From NCBI GenBank assembly GCA_040386535.1, contig JAZKFH010000027.1:243685-307684 (forward strand): 64,000 nucleotides of DNA, read 5' to 3'. This document shows positions 14,356 to 23,699 of the stretch, piece by piece. Positions within the stretch are counted from its first letter, which is position 1, and every line of letters begins with the position of its first letter. A model generated the notes under the pieces. It was not told where the DNA came from. It saw nothing but the letters and a program-made list of their open reading frames with translations, and ran no database searches. Source of the stretch: Myxococcota bacterium (GTDB lineage Bacteria > Myxococcota_A > UBA796 > SXON01). Made by a program: the position numbers and the translations under genes.

Positions 14356-15106
14356 AAAGCGCCAGGAAGAGCTTGGTGAGGAAGAAGTTGGACACGAGCA
14401 GCCCGATGGCGCCGATGACGACGGCCTGGGTGGTCGAGTGGCCCACGCCCTCCGTGCCGCCGGTGGTGTTGAGCCCGACGTAGCAGCCGACGATGCCGAT
14501 GATGTACCCGAACGCGACGGACTTCATCAGGCCGTGCATCAGGTCGGAGATCCACAGGGTGTCGAGGATCTGGGCGTAGAAGAAGCTCGGGGTGATCCCG
14601 ACCTCGCGCACGGTGATGATCATCGCGCCGCCGATGCCGACCACGTTCGCGAGCATCGTGAGCAGCGGGAGCACGAGCACGCACGCGAACACGCGCGGGG
14701 CCACGAGCTTCTTGATGGGATCGGCGCCGAGGGCGCGGATCGCGTCGACCTGCTCGGTCACGACCATCGAGCCGAGCTCGGCGGCGAACCCGCTGCCGAC
14801 GCGCCCGCCCACGAGCAGCGCGGTGAGCATGGGCCCGAGCTCGCGCACGATGCCGAGCGCGGCGAGCTTGCCGGTGTACATGCTCGCGCCGTAGGGCTCC
14901 AGGCCGGTCGAGAACTGGAGCGCGAGCACCATCCCCGTGAACACCGCGGTGAGCACGGTGATCGACCAGCTCTGGATGCCCGCAGTGTCGAACTGGTTGA
15001 TGAGCGGCCGCAGCTCGATCGGGAGCCGCCAGAACGCGAAGAACGTGCTCCAGGTCAGCCGCGCCACGGCGCCCATGTGCCGGAGGAAGTTGACGAACCC
15101 TCTCAC
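14348..15106 (-). CDS. mlaE: MlaE-family ABC transporter permease
   Basis: RELGPMLTALLVGGRVGS..AAELGSM.VTEQVDA..ALG signature. Confidence 0.93.
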   Translation of the reverse strand: MRGFVNFLRHMGAVARLTWSTFFAFWRLPIELRPLINQFDTAGIQSWSITVLTAVFTGMVLALQFSTGLEPYGASMYTGKLAALGIVRELGPMLTALLVGGRVGSGFAAELGSMVVTEQVDAIRALGADPIKKLVAPRVFACVLVLPLLTMLANVVGIGGAMIITVREVGITPSFFYAQILDTLWISDLMHGLMKSVAFGYIIGIVGCYVGLNTTGGTEGVGHSTTQAVVIGAIGLLVSNFFLTKLFLALYG

Positions 15107-15116
15107 AGCAGCCTTT

Positions 15117-15602
15117 TCATAGGGGCGTGAACCCGGCGAGGATGCGCTCGTACGCGTCCCAGCCCAGCTCGAACGTGTCGGGGGGCGCGATGAGGGCGAG
15201 ATCGTAGGTGCACGCGCCGCGGTTCATCACGCCGAGCGCGACCGTGATCGGCACCCCGTCGAGTCGGCCCGAGTGGACGCGCAACACACCTTCCCGCCCG
15301 CCGAACTCGCGCAGCTCGTCCCGCGTGGTGGTCACCTCGCGCATGCCGGCGGTGAGCTCGGTCGCGAGGTCCTCCGTGCGGGACTCGCTGTACCGCGGCC
15401 CGCAGTTGGAGTCCGTGTAGATCGCGGCCTTCAAGGCGCCGTTGTACCAGGCGCGGTCCGCGCCGCCCGCGTCGACCGCCTCCCAGCCCTCGCCCGGGGC
15501 GGGGAGGGTGTACCGGTTCTCGAGCCGCTTCGCGCGCACGTGGCTCGACGGCATGCAGGCCGAGAGGCCCACGAGCGCGAGGAGGAGCCACCCACGCTTC
15601 AT
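15117..15602 (-). CDS. Hypothetical lipoprotein
   Basis: MKRGWLLLALVGLSAC lipobox; start overlaps the stop of the upstream ABC ATPase (ATGA). Confidence 0.8.
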   Translation of the reverse strand: MKRGWLLLALVGLSACMPSSHVRAKRLENRYTLPAPGEGWEAVDAGGADRAWYNGALKAAIYTDSNCGPRYSESRTEDLATELTAGMREVTTTRDELREFGGREGVLRVHSGRLDGVPITVALGVMNRGACTYDLALIAPPDTFELGWDAYERILAGFTPL

Positions 15603-16312
15603 GCGGCCCCCGTCACGCGCAGGAACAGGTCCTCCAGCCGCTCGCCCGGCGCCACGATCTCCGCGACGGGCCCGAGCACGGCGATGCGGCCCTTGTGCAC
15701 GATGGCGAGGCGGTCGCACACCTCGGCGGCGTCCTCCATCGTGTGGGTGGAGAGGAACACGGTGCGGCCCTCCTTCGCGAGGTCCCGGAACACCTGCTTG
15801 ATCTGGCGGGCGCCGCGCGGATCGAGGCCGACCATCGGCTCGTCCACGATGAGGAGGCGCGGCTCGGTGAGCAGGGCGCCCGCGAGCGTGAGGCGCTGCT
15901 TCATGCCGTGGGAGAAGCTCTCCACCAGGGCGTCCGCCTGGTCGATGAGGAGCTGCTCGGCGAGCCGGGCGTCGATCCGCTCCGAGAGGCCGTTGCGCGG
16001 CATGTCGTAGATCTCGCCGAGGAAGCGGAGGAATTCACGCGCCGTGAGCTTGTCGTACAGGTACGGGCGGTCGGGGATGAAGCTCATCCGCCGGCGGGCC
16101 TCGACCGGGTTGTCGGCGAGGGAGATGCCGTCGATCCAGATGTCGCCGCCGGTGGGGGGCAAGACGCCGCCGAGCATGCGGAGCGTGGTGGTCTTTCCCG
16201 CGCCGTTGAGGCCGAGGAACCCGAACACCTCGCCCGCTCGAACGTCGAGATCGAGCGGCCAGACCGCCTGGAAGGAGGCGTAGCGCTTCTCGATCTGGCG
16301 GGCGCGGATCAT
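15599..16312 (-). CDS. ABC-2-type transporter ATP-binding protein
   Basis: GLNGAGKTT, FSHGMKQR, IVDEPMVGLDP, LSTH motifs. Confidence 0.93.
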   Translation of the reverse strand: MIRARQIEKRYASFQAVWPLDLDVRAGEVFGFLGLNGAGKTTTLRMLGGVLPPTGGDIWIDGISLADNPVEARRRMSFIPDRPYLYDKLTAREFLRFLGEIYDMPRNGLSERIDARLAEQLLIDQADALVESFSHGMKQRLTLAGALLTEPRLLIVDEPMVGLDPRGARQIKQVFRDLAKEGRTVFLSTHTMEDAAEVCDRLAIVHKGRIAVLGPVAEIVAPGERLEDLFLRVTGAA

Positions 16313-16345
16313 CCCGCAACCCTAACGCGGTCCGCGAGGCGGGGG

Positions 16346-17590
16346 TCAGCCCGAGACGTAGGCGTACACGAGGCACATCTCGTCGGCCGTGCCCTCGCCC
16401 GCATAGGTCGTCTCGGTGCGGCCCGTCGTGTCGTACACGCACGTGAGCCGCAGCTCCGAGTCCCCCGCGAGGGTCAGCGGCTCCTCGTAGAAGTACAGGC
16501 CCTGCCAGTGGAAGTCCCACACGGGAACGTCGACCAGGCATACCTCTTCCCCGTGGCTCGTGGCGCTGAAGACGAGGTTGGCGCCCGTCTCGTGCATGTG
16601 CGGCGCGAGGCCCCACACGCGGAAGTCCGAGCCGACGTCGAGGGTCTCCACGTGGTCCACCTGCACCGCGGGCTCGCCGGGCGGGAGCGCGATGTCGCTG
16701 GTGGCGACGCTCGAGAGCAGCGCAGGTGTCGCGACGGTGGGGGCGAGGGTGAGGTCGACACGCGTGCGATCGGGGGAGGTGCCGTTCTCGACGTTGTAGT
16801 GCACCTGGAGCACGAGACGGCGCCCGCCCGCGAGCGGCAGGCCGGTGCCCTCGGGGTACACGGTGGCGCCCGCGCCCGGGGCCCAGATCGCGACGGGCTC
16901 GGCGTACACGCCGGTGCCGCCGTAGCAGGTCCATCCTTCGCCGGCCTCGCCCGCGTCAAGCGCGACGGCGCTCGCGACGGCGGCGTCGTCGACGGGTTGG
17001 TACACGATCACGTGGTGCACCACCGAGGACTCGCCCGGGAGCACCTCGTAGCCGGTGAGGAACGTGTCGGTCGCGCTCGGCGCATCGGTCAGGAAGCAGC
17101 GGTAGGTGTCCTCCGCGGCCTCGGGGGGCGTGTAGTCGGCGCCGGGATCGATCGTGGCGTCGATCCGGGTCAGCGCGCGCGGGGCGGGCGCGTCGAAGGC
17201 CGCCCCGGCCGTGCCCTCGGGGGCCCCGCCGTCCGACCACGCCCGCAAGGTGGCGATCTCGAGATCGGTGAGGCTCCGATCGTGCGCCCAGGTCTGGCAG
17301 TCGCCGCAGCTCGCCGGCAACCAGGGCGGCATGCGCCGGCTCTCCACCGCCGCGGCGATCGCGCCCGCCATCGGGGCCGCGTCCGCGTACGTGTCGAGCG
17401 GGAAGGGCGCGATGCCGCCGGCGCCGTGGCAGCTCGCGCAGCGGTCCGCGACGAGGGCGCCGACCTCGCCGGACCACGTGGGCGTGGTCGCGAGCGTGAC
17501 GTCGTCCACGTCCGCGCACGTCGGCGCGTAGGTGAGCGGCGTGGGGGCGGGGCCGCAGGCCGCGAGGAGGGTCAGCATCAGGAAACGCAT
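16346..17590 (-). CDS. Lipoprotein with c-type heme motif fused to a copper type II (PHM/DBH-like) monooxygenase domain
   Basis: MRFLMLTLLAAC lipobox; CASCH; VVHHVIVY, LQVHY, APHMH, WDFHWQ, DEMC copper-ligand-type motifs. Start at 17590 or 17596. Confidence 0.82.
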   Translation of the reverse strand: MRFLMLTLLAACGPAPTPLTYAPTCADVDDVTLATTPTWSGEVGALVADRCASCHGAGGIAPFPLDTYADAAPMAGAIAAAVESRRMPPWLPASCGDCQTWAHDRSLTDLEIATLRAWSDGGAPEGTAGAAFDAPAPRALTRIDATIDPGADYTPPEAAEDTYRCFLTDAPSATDTFLTGYEVLPGESSVVHHVIVYQPVDDAAVASAVALDAGEAGEGWTCYGGTGVYAEPVAIWAPGAGATVYPEGTGLPLAGGRRLVLQVHYNVENGTSPDRTRVDLTLAPTVATPALLSSVATSDIALPPGEPAVQVDHVETLDVGSDFRVWGLAPHMHETGANLVFSATSHGEEVCLVDVPVWDFHWQGLYFYEEPLTLAGDSELRLTCVYDTTGRTETTYAGEGTADEMCLVYAYVSG

Positions 17591-17702
17591 GTCCATTTGA
17601 ACCACGAACCCCGTCCGGTCAAAAAGGAAACTGGACGATGCGATGTAAGTCTCACGACGTGAGCGGGGTGGTATTCCAGGGATGGCGGTCCCCGGAGCCA
17701 AC

Positions 17703-18329
17703 ATGTCGGTCATTCCCCAGTATCGTGTGCTCCTGCTCGACCCCGTGAAGCTGCGTCGCGACCGGGTGGAGCAGATGTTGCGCCTCCGCTTCGAGACGCA
17801 GGGCTTCGGCACCATCACCCAGGCCATCGCCGCGATCAAGGGCGGGCCCCCGCCGCACGCCATCGTGGGGACCCTGCGCCAGATCGACGACAACGGGCTG
17901 GTCGCCGGCAAGGCGCTCCGCGCGGAGGCCGGCAAGGACGTGTACATCCTGGTCCACGGCGCCGCCGACACACGGAAGACCGCCGCCGAACGCCAGGCGA
18001 TCGCGGACCGCCACGGGGTCGACACCTGGAGCGAGATCGCGCTCGAGCCCGACGGGATCGCGTCGGTGCTGGGCGGCGAGCTGCACCGGCGCCATCGCCC
18101 GCGCACCGCCACGGTGACCCCGCTGGGCCTGATGGACCGGGCGCGCTCCCTCACGAAGGAGGACGTCAAGGCGTTCCTCACGAAGGACCGCCCGCTCATC
18201 CCTACGCCGATCCGCGCGCCGGACGAGCCGCCGGGGTGGATCGAGCTGCTCAACGCCCCGCCGACCGCCGCGAACCTCAAGGCGCTGCTGACCAAGGAGA
18301 TCGGCGTCCGGCGGAAGGCCTCGGGGTAG
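17703..18329 (+). CDS. Hypothetical protein with degenerate receiver-like N-terminal domain
   Basis: YRVLLLD...PHAIVGTL...NGL..GKALR..VYILV follows the CheY-like beta/alpha pattern without the canonical Asp; alternative start 17682. Confidence 0.6.
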   Translation: MSVIPQYRVLLLDPVKLRRDRVEQMLRLRFETQGFGTITQAIAAIKGGPPPHAIVGTLRQIDDNGLVAGKALRAEAGKDVYILVHGAADTRKTAAERQAIADRHGVDTWSEIALEPDGIASVLGGELHRRHRPRTATVTPLGLMDRARSLTKEDVKAFLTKDRPLIPTPIRAPDEPPGWIELLNAPPTAANLKALLTKEIGVRRKASG

Positions 18330-18338
18330 GTCAGGCTC

Positions 18339-19931
18339 TCAGCTCGCCGGCGCCGCCGCGGGGCCGGTGGTGGTCGTCGCGGCGGTCGTGTCCACCGTCG
18401 GCGCGGCCGTGTCCAGACGGCCCCGGTGGAAGAGCATCAGGTAGAACCACGAGCTGCGGACCATGTCGTCGGTCCAGTCGCTCGACTCGCCGCGTGTCTC
18501 CACGGCGGTGACCGGCGCCGACTGCTTCCAGTCGTCCAGGGCCGGGTCCTTCTGGTTCTTCAGATCGCTGGTGGCCCGGGTCTCCCCCGGCGTCGCGTAC
18601 GCGTCGCCCGACTTGCCCGCGTCGTAGTCGGCGCGGGCCCGCCCGAACGGATCGTCCACGGTGACGCCCGCGCTCGTGACCGCCTGGATCGCCACGATGT
18701 GCGTGCCCGACTGGCCGGCGCCCTTGTGGCGGATGCTCAACATGGCGGCGCCGCCATCCTCCAGGCAGGTCTTCAGGCGCGCCTTGGCGTTGGTCCACCC
18801 GAGGCTCTGCTCGAGGCGCTCGGTCGTCGGCTTCGCGCCCGCGTGGGTGCCCGACCCGTCGTGAACGGCGGCCACGAACTTCGAGGCGTTGTTGCCGCTG
18901 TTGATCGTGGTGCGATCGATGTCGAGGAGCTCCATCATGAAGAGCGCGAGGTCGTCCATGCCCGCGTCGTTCTCGAAGTCGCCGGCCCACGTCTGGAGCT
19001 GCTTGTCGGTCTGCGTGGCGCCGCGGAGGCGCTGGTAGTTGGAGTCGCGGCGCGGCGCGCTGTTCTCGGCCCGCAGGTACTGGAGCACGCGCGCCTTCCA
19101 CGCGCCCTGCTTCAGCTCGATACAATCGGGCTCGAAGGCGTCCATCTGCTTCTTGGTCTCCGCGGCGGAGGCCCCCTGCGCGACGAGCTGCGCCGCGAGC
19201 TGCGCGCGCTTGAGCTTCGTCTCGATCGCCAGGACCAGGTCGTCGCGGGTGTAGCCCAGGCGCTCCAACACCATCGCGAGCGAGGTGCCGTTGCAGGTGG
19301 CCTCGGGCGAGGCGAGGTTGTTCGACTGGGTCTGGTAGCCGGGCACGCCGTAGTCGGCGGGCTCGCGGCCCATCATCTTGAGCTTCTCCAGGTCGCCCGC
19401 CCACGGCGTCGGCGCCGGGGTCTGGCCGGCCTCCCAGAGGTCGTTCGTGTCGCCTTCGGGCCGGAACGTCGGGGACGCCCCGCTCCCCCCGCCCATCTCG
19501 AGGAGGATGCGCGCGGGCTGGATCCATGCGGGGGGAAACGCCCCGGCTGGCAAGCGGCCCTGGTCGCCCTCGGGAAAACGTGGGAGCAGGTCGACATCCA
19601 CGGTCTCGCCGAGCCGGAGCCGCAGATCCACGTCGGCGGCCTGCCCGATCATCGCGCGGGCGCGGGCGGCGGAGATCTCCGGGTCCTCCTCCAGCATCAG
19701 CTCACCCACGACCTCCCAGAGCCGCCGGCCGTACGCCTCGATGGTCTGGGCGCGCTCGTCCTGCGGCACGACCTGGGGCGTGGCGGGGTCCGCGGTGCCG
19801 ACGCGCGCCTGCACGTCCGCGTTGCTCTGCTGCCGCACGGCCGGGACCGGCGCCTGGAGGCCGCTGGTGGCCGGCGTCTGGGTCGCGGCGGCGCGGGGTT
19901 CACGACGGGGGAGGGCGACGGAGGGTGGCAT
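18339..19931 (-). CDS. Peptidase C39-like (papain-fold) domain protein
   Basis: YQTQSNN...TCNGTSLAMVL, GTHIVAI, VDDPFG give a Q-C-H-D arrangement typical of C39-like domains; no signal peptide. Confidence 0.72.
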   Translation of the reverse strand: MPPSVALPRREPRAAATQTPATSGLQAPVPAVRQQSNADVQARVGTADPATPQVVPQDERAQTIEAYGRRLWEVVGELMLEEDPEISAARARAMIGQAADVDLRLRLGETVDVDLLPRFPEGDQGRLPAGAFPPAWIQPARILLEMGGGSGASPTFRPEGDTNDLWEAGQTPAPTPWAGDLEKLKMMGREPADYGVPGYQTQSNNLASPEATCNGTSLAMVLERLGYTRDDLVLAIETKLKRAQLAAQLVAQGASAAETKKQMDAFEPDCIELKQGAWKARVLQYLRAENSAPRRDSNYQRLRGATQTDKQLQTWAGDFENDAGMDDLALFMMELLDIDRTTINSGNNASKFVAAVHDGSGTHAGAKPTTERLEQSLGWTNAKARLKTCLEDGGAAMLSIRHKGAGQSGTHIVAIQAVTSAGVTVDDPFGRARADYDAGKSGDAYATPGETRATSDLKNQKDPALDDWKQSAPVTAVETRGESSDWTDDMVRSSWFYLMLFHRGRLDTAAPTVDTTAATTTTGPAAAPAS

Positions 19932-19980
19932 GGCCGGATCCTACCACCCCGAGGCCGGCGTGAGGGAGCGCGCGACCGCC

Positions 19981-21435
19981 TTAGCGGGCCTCGACGAGCT
20001 CCAGCCGGATGCGTCCCATCAACGCCATGATCTGCACCTGCTGATCGAGGTCGCCCGTCGTGACCTTCAGGTGTGTGGCGTCCGCCGGGAACTCGCCGAA
20101 CGTCGGATCGATCGGCACCCAGCCGGTCGGCCCTCCGAGCTCGACCTCGGGCCACGCGTGGTAGTAGAACGCGTCTCCGAGCCGGTCGCTGTAGACGAGG
20201 CCGGCCGCGATGCGCGCGGGGATGCCGACGGCGCGCGCGAGGGAGACGAACAGCGCGGTGTGCTCGTTGCAGTCGCCCCGGCCGCTGCGGAGGACGGTGA
20301 GCCCGTCGGGAACGCCGATGGTGGGCACCTTCTGGAGGTAGTCGAACACGAAGTCGTGGAGGCGGCGGGCGGCGGTCAGGCGATCGGTCGCATCCCCGAT
20401 GACCGCGCGGGCCCGGGTCACGATCTCCGGGTGCCCGGACGGGATCGACAGGGTGGCGGCGAGCTCGGGGTGGCTGTCCGGCGCCGCGAGCGGGAGCTTC
20501 GGCAGCTCCTGGAGGAGCGGTACGGAGATGGTGACGGTGTCGTCCGTGCGGGTCTGGAGCGGCGGCTCCGAGGGGATCTGCGCGGGATCGATCCCGAGGA
20601 CGCGCAGGGTGACGACCTTGGTGTCCCGCGCGTTCGTGAGGTCTCCCTTCAGCGTGGCGGCGGAGAGGGCCACGAGATCGGGGGGATCGCCGCCGTCGAT
20701 CGCCATCGCGAGCTCGCGGGTCATCCGCTCGGTGCGCAGGCCCATCGCCGCTTCTTCCCGCAGGGTGTCGCCCGCGCTGTCCACCAGCCGGCGCGCCTCG
20801 ACCCCGCCGAAGCGGGTGCGCACCCAGTACCCCGTGTCTCCGTTCGGCAGCACCTCGGTCGTCTCGACGGTGAGCGTCGCATCCGCGTTGGTCATCGTCA
20901 GGGGGTCGAAGTAGGGGACGGTGAAACGCGCGCCCGGCGCCAACGTGCGCCCGCGGAGCTGCGCCGCGAGCGTGATCGAGAGCACCGGGGCCTCGCGCAC
21001 CGGCACGTCGACCGTACGCACCTCGCCGTCCTGCGCGATCTCGACGTGGATCTTGCCCGGAAGCACCTCGCCGCGGCCGGTCAGCTTCGTGGGCGCGGAG
21101 AGCAGGAAGTCGAAGGTGCGCAGCTTGCCGTCGGGGCCGGTGACGGCGGTGCCGGCGGTGACGATCTGCTGGGAGGCGCCGAGCGCCGCGATGCGGAACG
21201 CGGACTGCCCGGAGAACACGCGCCCACCGTCCGCCGTGGCGGCCTCCCGCGTGACCGCGTAGCCGACGTGCGTGTCCTGGATGAAGATGCCCTGCCAGCG
21301 CTCCTCGGTCGGGCCCACGGCGAGCGCGGCCGCGTCGATAGGGGCCAGGGGCGGCTCGGCCTGGGAGAGGGCGAGCGCGGCCACCGCGGCGAAGCTCGCC
21401 ACGAAGAGGGCCTCTACGACGAGCTGCACACGCAC
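19981..21435 (-). CDS. Exported transglutaminase-like domain protein
   Basis: N-terminal hydrophobic segment; GDCNEH...ARAVGIPAR, YHAWPEV, WVPIDPT catalytic C-H-D motifs. Confidence 0.9.
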   Translation of the reverse strand: MRVQLVVEALFVASFAAVAALALSQAEPPLAPIDAAALAVGPTEERWQGIFIQDTHVGYAVTREAATADGGRVFSGQSAFRIAALGASQQIVTAGTAVTGPDGKLRTFDFLLSAPTKLTGRGEVLPGKIHVEIAQDGEVRTVDVPVREAPVLSITLAAQLRGRTLAPGARFTVPYFDPLTMTNADATLTVETTEVLPNGDTGYWVRTRFGGVEARRLVDSAGDTLREEAAMGLRTERMTRELAMAIDGGDPPDLVALSAATLKGDLTNARDTKVVTLRVLGIDPAQIPSEPPLQTRTDDTVTISVPLLQELPKLPLAAPDSHPELAATLSIPSGHPEIVTRARAVIGDATDRLTAARRLHDFVFDYLQKVPTIGVPDGLTVLRSGRGDCNEHTALFVSLARAVGIPARIAAGLVYSDRLGDAFYYHAWPEVELGGPTGWVPIDPTFGEFPADATHLKVTTGDLDQQVQIMALMGRIRLELVEAR

Positions 21436-21495
21436 GGATACTCGCTGACGGTCGCTCGATAACGCGGGCTATGATGCGGGGCGCGAGGCGATGAC

Positions 21496-22752
21496 ATGAC
21501 GGGTGCGGGGCTGTGGTTCTGGGTGGCCGGTGGGATCGTCAGCTGTGCGGGCCCGTCCGCGGATGACGTGGGGAAGGAGACGGGCGATACGCCGGACACG
21601 GGCATCGAGGTCGTCGACGACACCGGGCCCATCGACACGGACGAGACTGGCGACACCGACGAGACCGACGACACAGGGTCCGACGACGAGCTCGAGTACG
21701 CCGCCTTCTTCGACGTGCTCGAGGTGCAGCGCATCGATCTGGAGATCTCCGAGGAGGGGCTCGCCGCGCTCCGCGCCGATCCGGACACGTACGTCGAGGC
21801 CGTCTTCGTGCACGACGAGGACCGCGTGGAGGAGGTGGGCGTGCGGCTCAAGGGCGGCACGTCGACCTTCGAGGACATCGACGGCAAGCCCTCCTTCAAG
21901 GTCAAGCTCGACGAGTTCGTGAGCGGCCAGGACTACGGCGGGCTGGACCGCGTGAACCTCCACAACATGAAGGCGGATCCCTCGCAGGCGCGAGAGGTGC
22001 TTGCGGCGGCGATGTGGGAAGGCGCCGGGCTCGTGGCGCCGCGCGCGAACTACGCCGAGGTGTACGTCAACGGCGCGCTCTACGGCCTCTACGCCAACGT
22101 GGAGGAGGTCGACGACGCGTTCGTGGAGCGGCGCTGGCCGGGCGGCGCGGGCGATCTCTGGGAGGCGGGCAACGACGCGGATCTGACACCGGCCGGCATC
22201 CTGAACTACTCCAGCGCCGCGGGCATCGGGGACGACGACGCGCTCGACCTGGCGCGCCGCGCCGTCCAGACGGGCGAGGGCGCGTTCTACGAGGTGGCGG
22301 ACGGCGTGCTCGACATGGCCCAGTTCCTCGACTTCTGGGCGTGGCAGATCGCGACCGGCAACGAGGATGGCTACCCCTACGAGCTCGACGACCACTACCT
22401 CTTCGCCGACCCGGAGAAGGAAGGGCGCTTCGCCTACGTGCCCTGGGGCCTCGACGAGACCTGGAACTCCGAGTTCGAGTGGGACGACTACGGCGGCACG
22501 GTCGCCGTGCACTGCCGCTACGACACCGCGTGCGCCGCGCTCTTGAATGAGCGCGTGGCCGCCGCGCTCACGACGTACGAGGGCCTGGACGTGAACGTGC
22601 TGGCGCAGGCGGCGTTCGACGTGTCGGCGGCCGCGATCGACGCGGACACCCGGCGCTACGTCTCGGCCGCCGAGGTGCTCTCCGCACGTTCGGCGCTCGT
22701 GAACCTGGCCGTCGCGCGCCCCGGCGTCGTGCGCGGGCAGATGGGGCTCTAA
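21496..22752 (+). CDS. CotH kinase family protein, probable lipoprotein
   Basis: GIVSC lipobox-like, D/T-rich linker, VRLKG..FKVK, REVLA, APRANYAEVYVNG..YGLYANVEEVD, NEDGY, PWGLD. Confidence 0.87.
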   Translation: MTGAGLWFWVAGGIVSCAGPSADDVGKETGDTPDTGIEVVDDTGPIDTDETGDTDETDDTGSDDELEYAAFFDVLEVQRIDLEISEEGLAALRADPDTYVEAVFVHDEDRVEEVGVRLKGGTSTFEDIDGKPSFKVKLDEFVSGQDYGGLDRVNLHNMKADPSQAREVLAAAMWEGAGLVAPRANYAEVYVNGALYGLYANVEEVDDAFVERRWPGGAGDLWEAGNDADLTPAGILNYSSAAGIGDDDALDLARRAVQTGEGAFYEVADGVLDMAQFLDFWAWQIATGNEDGYPYELDDHYLFADPEKEGRFAYVPWGLDETWNSEFEWDDYGGTVAVHCRYDTACAALLNERVAAALTTYEGLDVNVLAQAAFDVSAAAIDADTRRYVSAAEVLSARSALVNLAVARPGVVRGQMGL

Positions 22753-22764
22753 GCCGGCCGCCGG

Positions 22765-23616
22765 TCAGTGCAGGATCGTCCCGATCCGCTCCGTCCGGAC
22801 GTTTCCGGGCGGCATCGCGCCCTTGCAACTGTCGAACGACAGCCAGACGAACATCGCGCGGCCCTTGATGTTGTCCCGCGGGACGAACCCCCACACGCGG
22901 CTGTCGGCGGAGTTGTCCCGGTTGTCGCCCATCATGAAGTATTCGCCGTCGGGCACGGTCTTCGGGCCCCAGTCGGCCATGCGCTGGGCGTAGGACGTGC
23001 TCTGGAGCACCGGGTGCGGCTTGCCGTCGAGCGTCTCTTCGAACATGCGCATGTCGTCGCTACGGCAGAACTGGTCGGTGTAGCTGAAGCCCGCCTGGAA
23101 GGTACGGCTCTGCTCGACCCCGTTGACGTACACCACGTCGTCCCGGACCTCGACCGTGTCGCCGGGGAGGCCGACGACGCGCTTGATGTAGTCGGTGTCG
23201 CAGGGCTCCTTGGGGCCGGGGAGCGCGCCGCCGGAGATCCAGGAGGGCACCCGCTTGACCGGGCACCACGGATCCGGGTTCTGCGTCGGCGGGTGGATGA
23301 ACACCACGATGTCGCCGCGCTCGGGCTCGCCGCGCGGGATGATCTCGACGTTGGTAAACGGCACGCGCACGCCGTAGGAGAGCTTGGAGACGAGGATGAA
23401 GTCCCCGATCGCCAGGGTCGGCACCATCGAGCCCGAGGGGATCTGAAAGGGCTCGATCAGGATGGACCGGATCACCAGCACGATCAGGATCGCCGGGCCC
23501 CAGGACTGGACGAGATCGATGCACCAGTCGATCGCGCGTCGAAGGGACGAACGATTGTCCGGTGGTTGCTCCTTGGGGAGGTCCTTGCGCAGATCGATGT
23601 CGAGGCCGTCAGCCAC
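22765..23616 (-). CDS. lepB: Signal peptidase I
   Basis: PFQIPSGSMVPTL, DYIKRVVGLPGD, MMGDNRDNSADSR motifs. Confidence 0.96.
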   Translation of the reverse strand: MADGLDIDLRKDLPKEQPPDNRSSLRRAIDWCIDLVQSWGPAILIVLVIRSILIEPFQIPSGSMVPTLAIGDFILVSKLSYGVRVPFTNVEIIPRGEPERGDIVVFIHPPTQNPDPWCPVKRVPSWISGGALPGPKEPCDTDYIKRVVGLPGDTVEVRDDVVYVNGVEQSRTFQAGFSYTDQFCRSDDMRMFEETLDGKPHPVLQSTSYAQRMADWGPKTVPDGEYFMMGDNRDNSADSRVWGFVPRDNIKGRAMFVWLSFDSCKGAMPPGNVRTERIGTILH

Positions 23617-23699
23617 CAGCTTCCTTTCGCGGAGGCACGTCGGATGAACGTTGGCCGCGGGGCGGGCCTACCTAGCATGGATCGCGCTACGTCGTCAGG

